45,048 bases of DNA from Planctomycetota bacterium. GTDB taxonomy: Bacteria; Planctomycetota; Phycisphaerae; Sedimentisphaerales; Anaerohalosphaeraceae. Position numbers and translations under genes: made by a program. This document shows, in pieces, positions 43,579 through 45,048 of the stretch. The notes beneath the pieces are model-generated. The model made no database searches. It was not told the origin of the DNA and worked only from the letters and a program-made list of their open reading frames with translations. How positions within the stretch are numbered: the first letter of the stretch is position 1; each line of letters begins with the position of its first letter. Where the stretch lies: assembly GCA_023143375.1 (NCBI GenBank), contig JAGLHQ010000027.1, forward strand, positions 1-45,048. Direction: 5' to 3'.

Positions 43579-44820
43579 TTATTCATCAGCAATGCTATCA
43601 AGGGAAAACGTTCCGTCACCACCAAGTAACTTTCCGCCAGCTAAACCCTCGATCTCTCCACGCATCTCAGCAGCATTCTCGATCACAACTGTTATCTGCT
43701 TCTCACGTTTCTTCCATATCTTAAGCATCGACCGTTTCTCACTCTCAAGGTCTGCCTGCATTTGAACATACGCACCGGCAATGCGCTTGATACGACGCCC
43801 AAACTCAGGCCCAGTGACATACTTATATACAAAATCCTTCATGTCTTCCTGCCCTGCCACAACAATACGCTCCCTCGCAACATTGATCAGGTTATGACGT
43901 AAAGAAGTACAAAGCCCGATAGCACACTTATAATTCGTCACCCAAACATCATTATGATAATCGAAATCCCGAACCTCACGAGGCATCGCAACTGTCATAA
44001 GTATCGCAACCTCCGCCCCGGCATCTGCCTGATCCTTCTTAAGCTTCTCAATCCAAGCCTTGCTATATTCCTTAGTATTCTTCGACTCCCACAATATCTT
44101 ACCGCAAATCTTACCGCTTGGCCCATGCACGATCTGAATAATATCCGCTCCCCGCTTACCTTTTAGTACATCTTCGAATTTGTCAAACGGAAAAGTACGT
44201 TCTAGCAACTCTTTAAGCTCTTCCTCAAGCATCTCCCCTTGTCGCTCCTGAGACCCTTGCTCCATCTTTCTACGCATATCTTCAAGCTGACCCTTTAGCG
44301 AAACTACAAGATCGTCTTTTTCACGGATCTTAAGTTTCTGCTCTTCCTCTACTCGAAGCCTTTCCTCAGCAATAATTTTCTTACGCCCCTCACTCAACTT
44401 TCGCTCAACCTCAAGCTCAAGACGCCCCGCCTTCTCTTCGAGTTCTTTTTTCTCCTTAAGGAACGCAAGCTCTTTAGCCTCTGCCGCCTTAACTGCCTCG
44501 GTCTTCGCAGCAAGCTCAGCTAATATGCTCTTTGTTTTAGCTTCCACCTCACCCGCAGCTTTTGCAAACTGCTCTTTGCTAACTTTTTCAACCTCAACAG
44601 CCAGCCGCTTATTAACCTCATCTGCCAATTCACGGGTCTGTTTAGCGATCGCACGCTCACGCCCTGCCAACTCATCCTGACGTTTAGCAAGCTCAGCCTC
44701 TTGCTTACGAGTACCCGCCTCAACCTCTAAACGCAAGCTCTCACGAATACCACCGGTAAGTGCAGCCGATAGCTCTATCTCTTCACCACACTTAGGACAC
44801 TTGATCGTCTGTTCAGACAT
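43579..44820 (-). CDS. DUF2130-family protein (zinc ribbon, long coiled coil, C-terminal PD-(D/E)XK-like domain)
   Basis: 'KCPKCGEEIEL', then ~170 aa of E/K/A-rich coiled coil, then 'KGKRGADIIQIV...GKILWESKNTKEYSKAWIEKLKKDQ'. Confidence 0.7.
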   Translation of the reverse strand: MSEQTIKCPKCGEEIELSAALTGGIRESLRLEVEAGTRKQEAELAKRQDELAGRERAIAKQTRELADEVNKRLAVEVEKVSKEQFAKAAGEVEAKTKSILAELAAKTEAVKAAEAKELAFLKEKKELEEKAGRLELEVERKLSEGRKKIIAEERLRVEEEQKLKIREKDDLVVSLKGQLEDMRRKMEQGSQERQGEMLEEELKELLERTFPFDKFEDVLKGKRGADIIQIVHGPSGKICGKILWESKNTKEYSKAWIEKLKKDQADAGAEVAILMTVAMPREVRDFDYHNDVWVTNYKCAIGLCTSLRHNLINVARERIVVAGQEDMKDFVYKYVTGPEFGRRIKRIAGAYVQMQADLESEKRSMLKIWKKREKQITVVIENAAEMRGEIEGLAGGKLLGGDGTFSLDSIADE

Positions 44821-44909
44821 CTATAAACCCTCGTTTTCTCATAAAAATATCAAACTTAAAAAAGCCGCTCCTCTGTACCGACAAAATATCACAACGCATA
44901 CAAAACAAC

Positions 44910-45048
44910 AAGGCGGTTTTCTCAAACCCAAGCAGAAATTGCCGCAAAAACGCAAGGTGCTTTTCTCAAACCCAAACAGAAACACCGCAAAATCCCAAAA
45001 ACGCTAAGGTGCTTTTATTGAATCCAAGCAGAAACGCCATAACGCCTA
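44910..45048 (+). repeat. Imperfect tandem repeat (3 units, running off the window edge)
   Basis: Units start at 44910, 44954 and 45006: AAGG(C/T)G(G/C)TTTT(C/A)T(C/T)(A/G)AA(C/T)CCAA(G/A)CAGAAA. The core is ~28 nt and the periods are 44 and 52 nt. Confidence 0.75.

Noticed and set aside
44910-45048. Possible CRISPR array at the window edge
   Set aside because: The repeat cores (~28 nt) are imperfect. The intervening segments are only ~16-24 nt with irregular periods (44 and 52 nt), and no cas genes are adjacent. It is more consistent with a degenerate tandem repeat.

Overview
45-kb window, almost entirely minus-strand coding. PEP-CTERM cargo, dockerin-like secreted proteins and the repeat style suggest a PVC-type bacterium, but that is only an impression. 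No rRNA, tRNA, CRISPR array or intact mobile element was recognised. (1) ~0.4-23.7 kb is a tightly packed, visibly AT-richer Wzx/Wzy-type surface-polysaccharide cassette. It holds a PglC-like initiating transferase, two GT4 transferases, wzx, a wzy candidate, fnlA-fnlB-fnlC plus a WbuB-like transferase (UDP-L-FucNAc route), a WbpB/WbpI-like pair, two secreted beta-helix proteins and a membrane-anchored beta-propeller. At its distal end is an unusual six-gene module: a GNAT/ATP-grasp fusion, an SCP2-type thiolase, a 3-hydroxyacyl-CoA dehydrogenase, a second GNAT and a fold-III PLP decarboxylase, coupled to the initiating transferase. This module is my best candidate for an undescribed glycan-tailoring pathway. 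(2) A truncated wzx relic (23703-23882) and an orphan 219-aa protein mark the cassette boundary. (3) ~24.6-40 kb is GC-richer and mixes sugar-nucleotide genes (wecB, a 4-epimerase, a DegT aminotransferase, gmd, ugd, a UXS-like SDR) with housekeeping genes (folE, a PTPS-like gene, pepA, prfB with its +1 frameshift). Nearly every spacer here is filled with modular short repeats and GC hairpins. One repeat family forms inverted arms around a GxxExxY (PD-(D/E)XK-fold) gene and supplies its start codon. (4) 40-45 kb holds a PEP-CTERM protein, a CBS/thioesterase/CBS trio, an IS3 orfA relic, a DUF2130 protein and an edge tandem repeat. All functional calls rest on motifs read by eye and recalled family knowledge. 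No database search was run.
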